In this document: in pieces, positions 30,001 to 36,655 of the stretch
Layout: each line of letters starts with the position of its first letter
How positions within the stretch are numbered: position 1 is the first letter of the stretch
Origin: a virus
Virus record (IMG/VR): IMGVR_UViG_3300010885_027635
Coordinates: 27,667 to 91,666 of that record
DNA: 64,000 bases
Strand: one strand, 5' to 3'
Notes under the pieces: generated by a model
What the model was told of the DNA's origin: nothing
Database searches by the model: none
The model's input: the letters and a program-made list of their open reading frames with translations, nothing else
Program-made: the position numbers and the translations under genes

Positions 30001-32762
30001 AGATTGCTGGTTGCGTAACTAAACAGCTTACAACCGCGGAAGGTAGTACTTGGATATGCCGCACGATCGCCAAAACTAACACCGTTGGTGTTGTAAACAT
30101 CAAACAATGGTGCTTGATTGACTGTGGTTTTTTCTTGAGACTCCAACCATTCAACACCGTCGTACCAAAAAGCCTTGCCTTGCAAGGTAACACCACTTAG
30201 GCACACAGTACTTTGATCGTACAACACAGTAGCATCTGGAGCAGGTACCAAGTTAATAATTGGTTGTGGAATCTCAGGTGGTACTGTATCCGGAGTAATA
30301 AATTCTACTTGATAAATTTTATTTCTTACCTGACTGTCAGTGTCAGCAGCAAATATAACCCGACTACCTTGAAGGAGTGAGTATCCGTCAATTGAATATC
30401 CTGTAGTTCCGTTAATAGTACTCAAGGCGTCAGTGGCGGTGAAATCAATGACATCAATTGGTTGTTTACCTTGTGTGCCATACTCGAATAATCGAGTACC
30501 AGCACGATATTCTAAAATAGGACGTCGTGCTCTATAGTTTTGGTCTACAGTTGGTGTCAAGCCGTTGAGTTCTGCGGCGTAAGTTATAACATCAATATGG
30601 AACCAACGATTGGTTCGTGTCCATGCGTTAAGGTCTGGGCTGGCACGATTTATAACCAGATAATCTGGGACCAGAGGTGCGTTCAGCGAAGCATCGTAGT
30701 TGCCAACATCAAACGGTGTTGAGTCGTATGGTATTGTTTGGCTATTGGTATAGGGTTCAGGAGTGACAAAATTTGTTACAGGCAACAGTTGTATAGCTGT
30801 GCCTACTCCTTCAACATAGTATGAATTATTTTGGTAACTGGCCGGCTCAACCTCACCACGAAACTGCACTTTCAATCCATTGGTAAACACCACACCATTA
30901 GGGCTGGTGTAATTTTTTTGACCAACAATATCTTCAATAAACAGTGTAGCTTGTTTGTCTTGATCAATTAATCTAAGTTGTCCAAAAATTTCTGGATCTG
31001 TTCCGTCCTGGTACCATAACAGATTTTTAATTGCAGTCAGCAAAGGAAATTCTTCAAAATATCCTTCGGCATTTTTATACCACTCAGTGGTGGCATATTG
31101 TGCTCCATAAAGAATTTGAAACTTTTCCAAGTTGGCTACAGACAACACACTGTTTAATTTTATATACTTGGATCCGTCGTTAGCTGTCACATATTGTATC
31201 TGCCAGACACTGTAGCGGGCACTTTGCGTAGTAATGTCTGTGGTTTGGTCAAACGGTATGCTATCATACGTGCCTGCCTGACCGTCTTTGGGATCTGGGC
31301 TTCCGCTTACGATAGCATTACTGAGTGTTTCGTACGGTTGATCGTCGTAGGGTTGACCGTTGACGTCGTAACTTTGTGTCACTGATACTTGATTAGGAAC
31401 TGTTCTTGTGATCGGGTCAAACTGCGTGGTTATTTGCCAGCCGCCTGATTCAGTATCGGGTTCTTGATTTAAAAATACAATGGTCTTTCCATTTAATTCG
31501 GTGATGCCATCGATGCCAGTTGGATTGGCTACAAAAAATGGCCCAGGAACAATATTGCCATTGTCGTTGGTAGTAATGAATTGATTATTGATTTCATTAA
31601 ATTTTAATGTGGTGACTAGATCAACAGTGCCAGCTGGCTTGCCAGCAATGTTGCCAATCTTTGATAGACCATAATAAAAATCTTGGGCGGTACTTAGAGG
31701 CACATTAAATGACACAGTGCCAAGATCTTCGCCGTTGTTGATAACTCCTAGTACGTCTCTACTGCTGATATTGGAAGCATAAGGTAACACTCCATTAACT
31801 CCAGGATCAGTTTGAATCCAGAAGCCTGGGCCGGTGCCTGGTGTAGCATCCTCAATTACAAAAGTTCCACGCATATTAAGCTGTGTGGAATTGGCATAAT
31901 ATAACACATCTGGAGCATCTTGTGGCACGGTAAATGTGACAGTTCCAGTGTACGCACCATTGTTAGTAACAGCAGGACTACCATCTGATAGTACACCTTC
32001 ATATAATTCAGTGTTACCTAGTGTGGCTTCTGTTTTGATGTAAAATGCAAACGGGCCGCTCAATGACAGCGTAAAGGTATAGGTATTACCTCGAACCAAA
32101 GTCAGCGTGGGATTAGTTTCGTAGTCAATTACATAGGCACTGGTACCTGAATTTTGTACGCGAAAGTTTATGTCTTCTGTGGCATTTTGTGCAACTTGGA
32201 ACGTGTAATTGCCCCCACGCACCAGAGTTAGTGTTGGGTTGGTTCCAGGAATTCCGCTGAACGTGTATACTCCGTTGGCACGAGTCACAACAAAGTCATC
32301 AGTTAATGGTACCCCAATGGCTCCTACGTCCACAGCCAATGGGCCAGCAGGTTGCCAATAATATTGGCTGTAGTTTATGAACTTATCAAAATCAACAAAT
32401 GGGTCCCAGGTGTAGTATTCACTGCCGTACATACTATCTGGGTTAGTCACATTAGCACCTTGTAATCTCAATGCATCAATGATGCCTGGATAGGTAATTG
32501 CGTCTAATATGGTACCGTTATCATCAGGTTGTAAACTGATAACACCGGGCTCTAATTGATAATCATTGCGAACTTTAGTTGGTTCGATTACATATTTGTC
32601 GGCTGGGTTAACACCAGGGCCAACCTTGCGTCCAACAAAACCTTGTGTCTTACTAAAGTTTGGTTCTTGTACTAGCTGATCTAAAGTGGCGTTGAGGAAC
32701 TGCCGATTGACCGGCGTTTGAAATATTTCTGGCAGGAATTCAACTGTACGAACTCGTGCCAT
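18057..32762 (-). CDS. Giant (4901 aa) baseplate wedge / virion structural protein
   Basis: Directly follows the gp6-like gene; VDFDKFINYSQYYW N-terminus, YIQEVKPYH motif, FG-GAP-like propeller repeats (FG.AV...VGAP), Ig-like repeats. Confidence 0.75.
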   Translation of the reverse strand: MARVRTVEFLPEIFQTPVNRQFLNATLDQLVQEPNFSKTQGFVGRKVGPGVNPADKYVIEPTKVRNDYQLEPGVISLQPDDNGTILDAITYPGIIDALRLQGANVTNPDSMYGSEYYTWDPFVDFDKFINYSQYYWQPAGPLAVDVGAIGVPLTDDFVVTRANGVYTFSGIPGTNPTLTLVRGGNYTFQVAQNATEDINFRVQNSGTSAYVIDYETNPTLTLVRGNTYTFTLSLSGPFAFYIKTEATLGNTELYEGVLSDGSPAVTNNGAYTGTVTFTVPQDAPDVLYYANSTQLNMRGTFVIEDATPGTGPGFWIQTDPGVNGVLPYASNISSRDVLGVINNGEDLGTVSFNVPLSTAQDFYYGLSKIGNIAGKPAGTVDLVTTLKFNEINNQFITTNDNGNIVPGPFFVANPTGIDGITELNGKTIVFLNQEPDTESGGWQITTQFDPITRTVPNQVSVTQSYDVNGQPYDDQPYETLSNAIVSGSPDPKDGQAGTYDSIPFDQTTDITTQSARYSVWQIQYVTANDGSKYIKLNSVLSVANLEKFQILYGAQYATTEWYKNAEGYFEEFPLLTAIKNLLWYQDGTDPEIFGQLRLIDQDKQATLFIEDIVGQKNYTSPNGVVFTNGLKVQFRGEVEPASYQNNSYYVEGVGTAIQLLPVTNFVTPEPYTNSQTIPYDSTPFDVGNYDASLNAPLVPDYLVINRASPDLNAWTRTNRWFHIDVITYAAELNGLTPTVDQNYRARRPILEYRAGTRLFEYGTQGKQPIDVIDFTATDALSTINGTTGYSIDGYSLLQGSRVIFAADTDSQVRNKIYQVEFITPDTVPPEIPQPIINLVPAPDATVLYDQSTVCLSGVTLQGKAFWYDGVEWLESQEKTTVNQAPLFDVYNTNGVSFGDRAAYPSTTFRGCKLFSYATSNLSPDAVLGFPLRYLSLDNIGDIVFDNNLYTDTFGYVLGSTGQTVDVSSGFVRQYSNRLDYRSEIGWQPAATRSIQRQQFQFTYDGSPLLLDVAVNTNNVIPAVQLYVNSQFQDPGRYTYTTTSDTTTITMSKTYVLPGDVIEVAVLSDQVSATAFYQIPVNLENNPLNTNNSIFTLGTARTHYETVGENLLGLVGPIIGPNNTRDLGNIVPFGQQILQQSSPLTLAGYFMRSKEYDIFGALEYNSREYIKFKSLLIDTVVRNDYGDMTVAEILDSAIATITNGRTDTNPFYWSDMLPTGSVYTQTVNTITPISTPIFNTVQTYDFTSSNYLGLLVYLTRTINNQPVTTLLTRDVEYVVATDSPRLTITVPLNVGDIVTINEYGNTAGNFVPNTPTKLGLYPKYLPRIFYDIDYVNPALVVQGHDGSITIAFTTTDQYNNGRIDIRDQILLEFEKRIYDNLKNDGNPVPLTAEEVIPGFFRKTDYTQTNINNILSESFLTWVGWNKLDYKRQDYIANNPFTYNYSTAGNKINEDPLLGAWRGIYRYFYDTLTPNLTPWEMLGLTEKPVWWEERYGPAPYTSDNLVLWDDLEAGLVADPIAPYIKPNYVRPGLTKLIPVGTEGELLAPLYSVVGSYNSNAFQKSWSAGDGGPVEASWWMSSSYPFAVMRLLILTKPAEFFALFADRDLYRYDFELEQYLYNGRYRLDANGIEVYGNGVSKASYIDWIVDYNRQLGRNSTTALTNDLANLDVRLCYRMASFTDKQYLDVILERQSPNSTNSSLTLPDNNYQLLLYKNQPFNEIVYSALIIEIVSGGYAVYGYNNATPYFNIFASASNGLLKTVSGGGTAVRVPAQYSDTVVQIPYGYTFVNNTVVVDFILSYGAYLEKQGLIFNDYENGYKLDWTQMATEFLYYSQQGWTPGTIINLNPCATTLKAFRAGSVVDTIISTSPEQLLLDQNRTTLPTRDLIVQRDGDAFSVTSASNQSISYLHLKFTSYETMMVLDNVSIFQDLVYDPATSARQSRIRIVAATSNEWNGVLDAQGFILNNNSNVKEWLPNKKYTKGEIVIYKNNYWSAQTIVQPKVEFDYNDWVKSDYTKIQGGLLPNLANKANQLANSYDTQQANLESDNDLLSFGLIGFRPRQYMTDLNLDDISQVNLYQQFLPTKGTLRSAQLFTRADLGKETGDYEIFENWGVLVGTYGANANRSFFELRLNEAYLRSDPCTVQVINPGETSQANQTILLDDVWRESYKLTSPDILPTTYTTNRDTALPSAGYVNLNDVDLTVFSLDDPTSIAANINDIGVGTTIWAAKSNSYDWDVYRCSRVPGQLILVTDNLNGTSIAQFSQPHGLSIGDLVVFRYFNANVNGVYRVLAVPGISSITVAFNFGSSNQTSLIGSGLVFYLQTMRVSQASDVASLPYSNSLISGAKAYVDDNGSGHWEVLEKQNPFTGFDEFSPDPLVYNSQYGVSVTQPLNLSAALVGSPGTGTDAGAVYSYIRDTTNNLYLQDIQLELTAANVTGYGNAVKFGQNTWAVAGASASRNNTGYAATIYRAPVTGGYSTTQLLIAPDQNFGAARFGYAVTISQDERWMYVSAPYADAGGRVYAYGRVDVEEQYVTYQTNGITTSFNWSDSLVIDYTQPDQLTVSLNNELLYEFTDYAVNQNNIVFSVPPPPGQRLAITRRQAVQLDSATYFEVEQNSTTGSGLDAKFTVDVTRGVYTVTITDGGLNYVVGNQLTILGTQIGGVAPANNLVITVTAQTGGSITEFTFTGSGISNTAVFSLSPYLYTVLDIYSFVVTIDGVLQRPHIDYEFNEDSTATTADLRLLTNPPAGANIYVVSNTYWQYCDTISVPGLANDSRFGVSLATATNGAQVLVGCNRDSAIDANGRTIAHAGSVYAFDRSILNYLIDNVDTVTYSMPGSVTGPVSVALNNQFLNVYEFTDTNGLTTIQFINGQVNVNLYTNEITLLDNLTVTVGDVLSVSTNQFSQIQKITANAPLDETAFGQAIDLCPTNCSLYVGAPLDSSVLPQAGSVQRNVNQSRVYGVTTSTVANPSLTAGDTIRINNYEVTVPVVPNNNIEGLISAINAAGIPNVVATMAANAEFVGDGATKVFDIGTLYSAADSYTTVVYVNNTLQNYGSDYIYNNTTQQIFFVLAPITGAVVTVVSGRMTLNVKNTESATAFNKLTVLPGVIGSAFDDLGWNTFVYAQTIVSPSTSDFAQFGSALSIDSSNVNLVVGAPNGNVYQPEIFDGGETYFDDRSTTFFHPINNSGVVYTYDYLPSSTSSVTNPGKFVFGQQIYAEELMPNDQFGIAVNFTSGRLMVGVPGNDLGDSTTNYGRVNVFNNPDRKLAWTVIHEQQPVVDVDLLNGVYMYDKLTSSTQTYFDFIDPLQGKILGAARRNLDYIGAVDPASYNTGSIHNNGNSWGSEHVGQMWWDTDTVRFIDPNQDDIVYASRRWSQTFPGSRVDIYQWVASDVPPLSYTGVGTPLSTTSYTVRSSLNQENVFTTTYYYWVRGITTISTGAGKTLSAVGVSRYIENPRNSGIPYIAALNASTVAIYNGLEYISAADTILHIDYDRQLTDANIHTEYEFIAQNKPDAFLSATLYRKLQDSFCGADTAGAVVPDPFLSPAERYGVQFRPRQSMFIDRFMALENYLGRANNVLKQFPIIESRKLSLLNSSEPQPTSTVDGVVVWNKRVANLEELSYQNLNSVPLGYLYLVESTSTQNGLWTIYEVAISDVVSTERTVNLVRVQNYDTRLYWDHIDWYLPGYNSTVQPIAEVPVYSALDTLSLQAAPVGSSVKVTANAQGKFEIYLRTDLGWERAGLQDGTIQFKEELWNYSAGNFGFGVEVFDAQYFDQEPVIETRKIIQAINEELFIDDLAIERNRALMLVFNFIYSEFTTPSWLVKNSFIDVFHKIRSLLPYQTYLQDNQTFVLDYIQEVKPYHVQIREFNLAYNGQDDYPGSLTDFDVPAYWNSALAQPQFISPVLQDDTAGHPYTLSDSVVKNTISDAGPNAEIWTMDPWKQWYNNYLLSIQSVTIVDGGAGYTVAPEVIVTGECVEQATMTAVINSAGKVVSITVDNPGSGYISTALISFAGGNGVGVRAVAVMGNDLIRSIKTTIKYDRYQYVSTIYEWQPNVNYDNGTQVRYANRVWEADSGDSTGVESATFDPAQWTLVPADTLSGVDRTMGFYTPTANELGLSLPLLIDGIDYPGVQVDAPDFNQNTGFDVGNYDISPFDNISYGPEGLPTYDPGILDAIYESNYLDPYLGTNPAPAYNGAPPNQPDAVVVDGGAYIDVFSSHAPEELIPGAEFDTLDMRIYTRPGADWLGNGHGFPEKISNFVFDPADTVLSFAGLLDYPVQIIVYNQTLGTQLTLDDNYTVDWTDQTVTILSSVSAGNIVTVEVYGLGGGNQLYQQTYNGADVGEYITVPVAYNQIQEFAIFVNGVLTTDYTYATAGFNSTRIRFGTVYNVTDFISLFAIGPTTVNGVTTNYSWSTPQTQTFAGVTGVLAYNLDNSLEYTNPDNLIVTVNGVRARTSAGIEWYGDGSTEYLLPERLGFSQSLIADNQVDVYLNDIPQTLGVDFAVEPYNGYPRRVVFAQEPAIGTRILICVNAGTQCYVNGDQLLFVEGSGLVPNNGDSISVTTWNDTRQQNILTKVIVGPITTGATVVQPYDSTDFDSPAVLDPFETAPGLFDYSAGTEITVNDIQLGRVITDPSRLWVTLNGRRLFDNYDFTIVGEELILTSGVMQAADVLMITEITDTVVPEAMAFRIFQDMRGVQATYRITPSSSTTLTQSLTINSNVVHVDNASALGQPDLALNIWGVLMVDGERIMYRERNTVDNTVSGLLRGTAGTAVAEHSTGAVVTDLGRGNLLPVQFQNYIVSNSTLADGSTVTFIADDINLLLEDSTIRDESVEVYVAGIRVQAGFTITADNPCTVTFDTAPVNGAEVTILVRRGVTWYNPGIGEPSDGVPLQDTVNQCAQFLRGQ

Positions 32763-35700
32763 TAAATTACTCCACTACCTGGAGCAGTTCTAATATTAGT
32801 TGAAGTCAATGCTTGAATTACCTCAATGTTATTAACTGTAGCGGCATTGACAAAAATTTGATTAGGAGCACTGCGTATTTCATACAGGTCGCCAAAATAT
32901 TTTTCTGGATTCAATGGAACTAACACTACACTACTTACCACGTCGCCAATCTGTGCATGTATGTATGCGGCCAGTTCACTGAAATAAAATGTGTCGCCGA
33001 AGTCCCACTTGTCAATACTAAAGTAGGCATCCATGTTGGCCACTACTAAATTTTTAATTTCACTGACACTGGCTGTGCTCTGTGCAGATTTAATAACTTT
33101 AATTGTGGCACGTAATTCTTCCGGGGCCTTAGCACCAAACAGTGGCAAGAACTGTACGCTGTTGACAATCACGTTGTCACTAATCATTTTATAATCTTGT
33201 AGGCCTGCATACTCTGTGGTAAGTTGATCAATGGTTGGTGGTGTTGGTTCTACCACAGTGCCTGTGGAGTCTTTGATCCAGTTTTGATAGGCCGTGTAAT
33301 AGGCCAAGGTTATAACATACAGGTCAATGATATTTGTACTGCCTGGATCAAGACGACTGGTCAATGGACTATTATGACGATATTGTGTGTATAAGTCTTG
33401 GCGGCCAACACGGGCTATGAATTGATTGTTGGGTTCTAATACTTTAACACCTGACGAGTTAAGCACCATGGTATAGAATAATCCAGCACTGTAATCAATA
33501 TTTGTAGTGGCACTGGTAGGATTATAAGCGTAGAACACTTGACCAACCAAGTATTCATCTTTAACCAGTTCGATATCATTCAAGGTAGCATATGAACTAT
33601 TAACCACGCCATTTTCAACCAACAGATATCTTTGAAGATTATCAAAGTCCACAGTTTGTTGTAGAAATACCAACTTTAAATTTGGATTGATTGCTGGAGC
33701 CACAATTGTGTTAAAAAAGTCAGGATCATCAGGAACGCCGTCACTGTCAAAATCTTCAAAGCCAACCAAGACCTGGAAGTCATCAACATAGCCATCACTT
33801 TGCACCGGCTGGCCAATAATTTTTAATCGAGTATCACCTTCAAGTGGTGTATTGTTATCTGGTTTGCTGTTGGTTTTTAATACATTGACAAAATCGCTGA
33901 TCACTGTACCATTGCGGCTGTCGTAGATTTTTTGACTGCCAAAGTAAAAGAATCTGTTTTGTAATACACTACCATAGTAGTAGTCTAAGCTACGAGAAAC
34001 TATAGTGTATTTTTGGCCATCAGTCGTGGCTTGTATAAACCAACTGGCGTCAGCATTTGTTCCTGAGGTACTACCAGCATTGGTGGTGCTCCACTGTGCA
34101 TCAACAGCAAGATTACTAGCAGTAATTACATACCAAGTGTATGGGGTTCCTGTTACAGTGCCTGTGCTGTCATAGCCTAGGCCAAAATTTTGATTTAACA
34201 AAATTTGATCAAGAATACTTTGCCTTAGTGTCGTTGAAAAGTCTGTGACAAACAAGGGAATAACTTGGGCGGCAATAGCACCGGTTGGCACATAGTTATT
34301 AAGTACCACTGGGCCTTGACCGTTGGGCAAATTGCCAAGACCTTGTGCTGTTCCGTCAAGATATACCGCAGTTGGGCTAGCCCAGATAACTGTTTTTTCG
34401 TCGGCACGAGTAGGGGTTCCTGCTTTGAGATTGTTGTTTTCGTCAAAGAAATATCCAGCTGGTGGTATAAATTTGACCAAGGAGCCAACCAAAACATATT
34501 TCATATTGTTACTGGCATAGGTGCCAATGCTGACAGGATTGCCTAGACTGTTTTCAAAATATCCTGTGGTCTCGTTGGCCAGTGTAGTACTTTGATTCCA
34601 AGTGTTGTTAAGTACCAAGAGATTTGGTCGAGTGTAATAATTGTAATAAAATTGTTGAGCACCAGCTTTAACCAACAACGGGGTTAACTGATTAATAATC
34701 ACGTCGGTTACGTCATTGGTGGTCAAGTAGGTAAACTGGAACGCTGGTGTATTCACTGCTTGATACAGTGCACCGTCGCTAAAAAATGAATTGGTACTGG
34801 AATATTTGCCTGTGCCGTCAACCAGATCAAGATAACGACTTGTGCCAATTGACGCACGATTTAGTGCTTTGCTTTTTAATATGGAGTTGTAGGCGGTAAA
34901 GGGAAAGTTATTGTAGTCTTCGCCGTTGACCATACGATTCTGTGTATAGTAGCGAGCCGGAGCACGTTGTTTGATCTCATCAATTGTTTCACGTGCCTGG
35001 GCGTTGCTAACAGGTTCTGTGATACCGCAGGTAAAGGTAATGGTTTCAATCTGTCCGGTACGACTTACATAACTGATAGGAATCTGTACACTTTGCATTT
35101 CTTCTGGATTGATAATGTACTGCAATCCATTTGACGCACGGACATAACAACGGAAAATTCCCACTGGAATGGTTGAAAAAACACCGTCGCCAAAGTTCAG
35201 TGTGATTTGATCATTGACACGACTGGATACAGAAAATATTGTTCTTGTGCCCGGTGCCAGCTGTTCAATGGCAGCACCATAAACGCTTTCAACAAAGGTC
35301 CACTCTTTGGCAATGTTGCCTACGTTGTCTAACTGATAGACCCAACGGTCGGTATTGTTGACACCTTCGATGTTGATGTTAACTGTACGGTTGGCCACAC
35401 GCTCTGGCAAGTTAAAATCTTGATTCTGTAGTACGCCTTGCTTGAACAAGAAGAAATAACCAGTGTTGGCTGATGAAAAGCCCAATTCGTCATTGCGGAA
35501 CAAAACATTAAATTGTCCGTTGGGTCTTGGACTAGGTTCGTAAATAAATTCTTTTCCAGTGGCAGTGGCGTTGACTGCTTCAAACGGCATGTTTACACCA
35601 TCAATGGTTGCGGTGTAAGGTATCACTGGCAGGAATCCAGGAATCAAATTAATAGTGTATTCGTCAGTGCGTACACCTAAAATAGTATTTCTTGCACCAG

Positions 35701-36217
35701 GACGACCCACACGTTGAGTGTCTACTAAGCTGGCATTGACAATGGCTGTAAACTGTTCTTGCCAGTCAAAGTTGCTGGGGTCTGCCCAGTTTACTGTAAC
35801 GTTGGCCAGGTTAATGCCGTTGTAGTCAACTACGTTTTCTGTGGTCACTACAGAAAATACTTTGAGATAACCGTGTGATTCGGTGTTGCGTTTGGGAGTG
35901 TAGCTGACCAAGTTGGCCAAGCGTACAACACTGTCTCTACGTTCAGCTGTGTCTAGGTAGTTTTCACGTGTGTTTAAATCTGTACGGAAGGCCAAGGCTT
36001 GACCCATAAATGCCATAACATCAAGCAAGGCAATAAATTCTGAACTTTCAATATAGTCATTGAATGTTTCTGGATAATACAGGCGTAAGTAGTCTACAAA
36101 ACTTTTGCGTAAGGTTTCAAAATCGTAACTTTGAAAGTCAGCTTCGCGATAGGTTTGATAGATTCGTTTCCAATCTTCAACTCCAAATATCGCAGTTTGT
36201 CTAGTAGTCTTGGCCAT
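32762..36217 (-). CDS. gp6: Baseplate wedge subunit (T4 gp6-like, extended)
   Basis: YDFETLR...RENYLDTAERRDSV..LA...Y, FGDG, ETIDEIKQRAP..Y.TQNRMV..EDY. Confidence 0.8.
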   Translation of the reverse strand: MAKTTRQTAIFGVEDWKRIYQTYREADFQSYDFETLRKSFVDYLRLYYPETFNDYIESSEFIALLDVMAFMGQALAFRTDLNTRENYLDTAERRDSVVRLANLVSYTPKRNTESHGYLKVFSVVTTENVVDYNGINLANVTVNWADPSNFDWQEQFTAIVNASLVDTQRVGRPGARNTILGVRTDEYTINLIPGFLPVIPYTATIDGVNMPFEAVNATATGKEFIYEPSPRPNGQFNVLFRNDELGFSSANTGYFFLFKQGVLQNQDFNLPERVANRTVNINIEGVNNTDRWVYQLDNVGNIAKEWTFVESVYGAAIEQLAPGTRTIFSVSSRVNDQITLNFGDGVFSTIPVGIFRCYVRASNGLQYIINPEEMQSVQIPISYVSRTGQIETITFTCGITEPVSNAQARETIDEIKQRAPARYYTQNRMVNGEDYNNFPFTAYNSILKSKALNRASIGTSRYLDLVDGTGKYSSTNSFFSDGALYQAVNTPAFQFTYLTTNDVTDVIINQLTPLLVKAGAQQFYYNYYTRPNLLVLNNTWNQSTTLANETTGYFENSLGNPVSIGTYASNNMKYVLVGSLVKFIPPAGYFFDENNNLKAGTPTRADEKTVIWASPTAVYLDGTAQGLGNLPNGQGPVVLNNYVPTGAIAAQVIPLFVTDFSTTLRQSILDQILLNQNFGLGYDSTGTVTGTPYTWYVITASNLAVDAQWSTTNAGSTSGTNADASWFIQATTDGQKYTIVSRSLDYYYGSVLQNRFFYFGSQKIYDSRNGTVISDFVNVLKTNSKPDNNTPLEGDTRLKIIGQPVQSDGYVDDFQVLVGFEDFDSDGVPDDPDFFNTIVAPAINPNLKLVFLQQTVDFDNLQRYLLVENGVVNSSYATLNDIELVKDEYLVGQVFYAYNPTSATTNIDYSAGLFYTMVLNSSGVKVLEPNNQFIARVGRQDLYTQYRHNSPLTSRLDPGSTNIIDLYVITLAYYTAYQNWIKDSTGTVVEPTPPTIDQLTTEYAGLQDYKMISDNVIVNSVQFLPLFGAKAPEELRATIKVIKSAQSTASVSEIKNLVVANMDAYFSIDKWDFGDTFYFSELAAYIHAQIGDVVSSVVLVPLNPEKYFGDLYEIRSAPNQIFVNAATVNNIEVIQALTSTNIRTAPGSGVI

Positions 36218-36262
36218 GATAATCCTGTGTTCTTGTATTTATGGGATTAATAAACTGGGTAG

Positions 36263-36637
36263 TTAAACATAGCTGGCCTGGCGTTGTTGTTGATCAAAAA
36301 AGATACTCAAACGCTCAGCATCGCTACTAGGAACAGCTTGTATTTCTACTTGAATTAGCATGCCATTTTGTTGTGGGAATATTTCTACTCCGGCAAGATA
36401 TAGTCTGGGATCGCCGCCACATACACGTTGTATTTCTGCGGTAATTTGACGTTCGGTTTCTTGTGTTTGGTTCTCAAACACATAATCCCAGATCACTGTG
36501 CCATAAGCGGGTCTACCTACTAGTTGCCCTTGACGTATGTTGAGAGCATTAAGTAGATCACGTTTAATTAATTCAAAGTCTACAACTGTGAATTTTTTAT
36601 ATTGATTAATTGTATTGAATCCGATAAATGTTGGCAT
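36263..36637 (-). CDS. gp25: Baseplate wedge subunit gp25-like
   Basis: LIKRDLLNALNIRQGQ..GRPAYGT.IWDYVFE...DPR; preceded by TAAATA. Confidence 0.85.
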   Translation of the reverse strand: MPTFIGFNTINQYKKFTVVDFELIKRDLLNALNIRQGQLVGRPAYGTVIWDYVFENQTQETERQITAEIQRVCGGDPRLYLAGVEIFPQQNGMLIQVEIQAVPSSDAERLSIFFDQQQRQASYV

Positions 36638-36655
36638 GACTGTATTTACTCTTTA

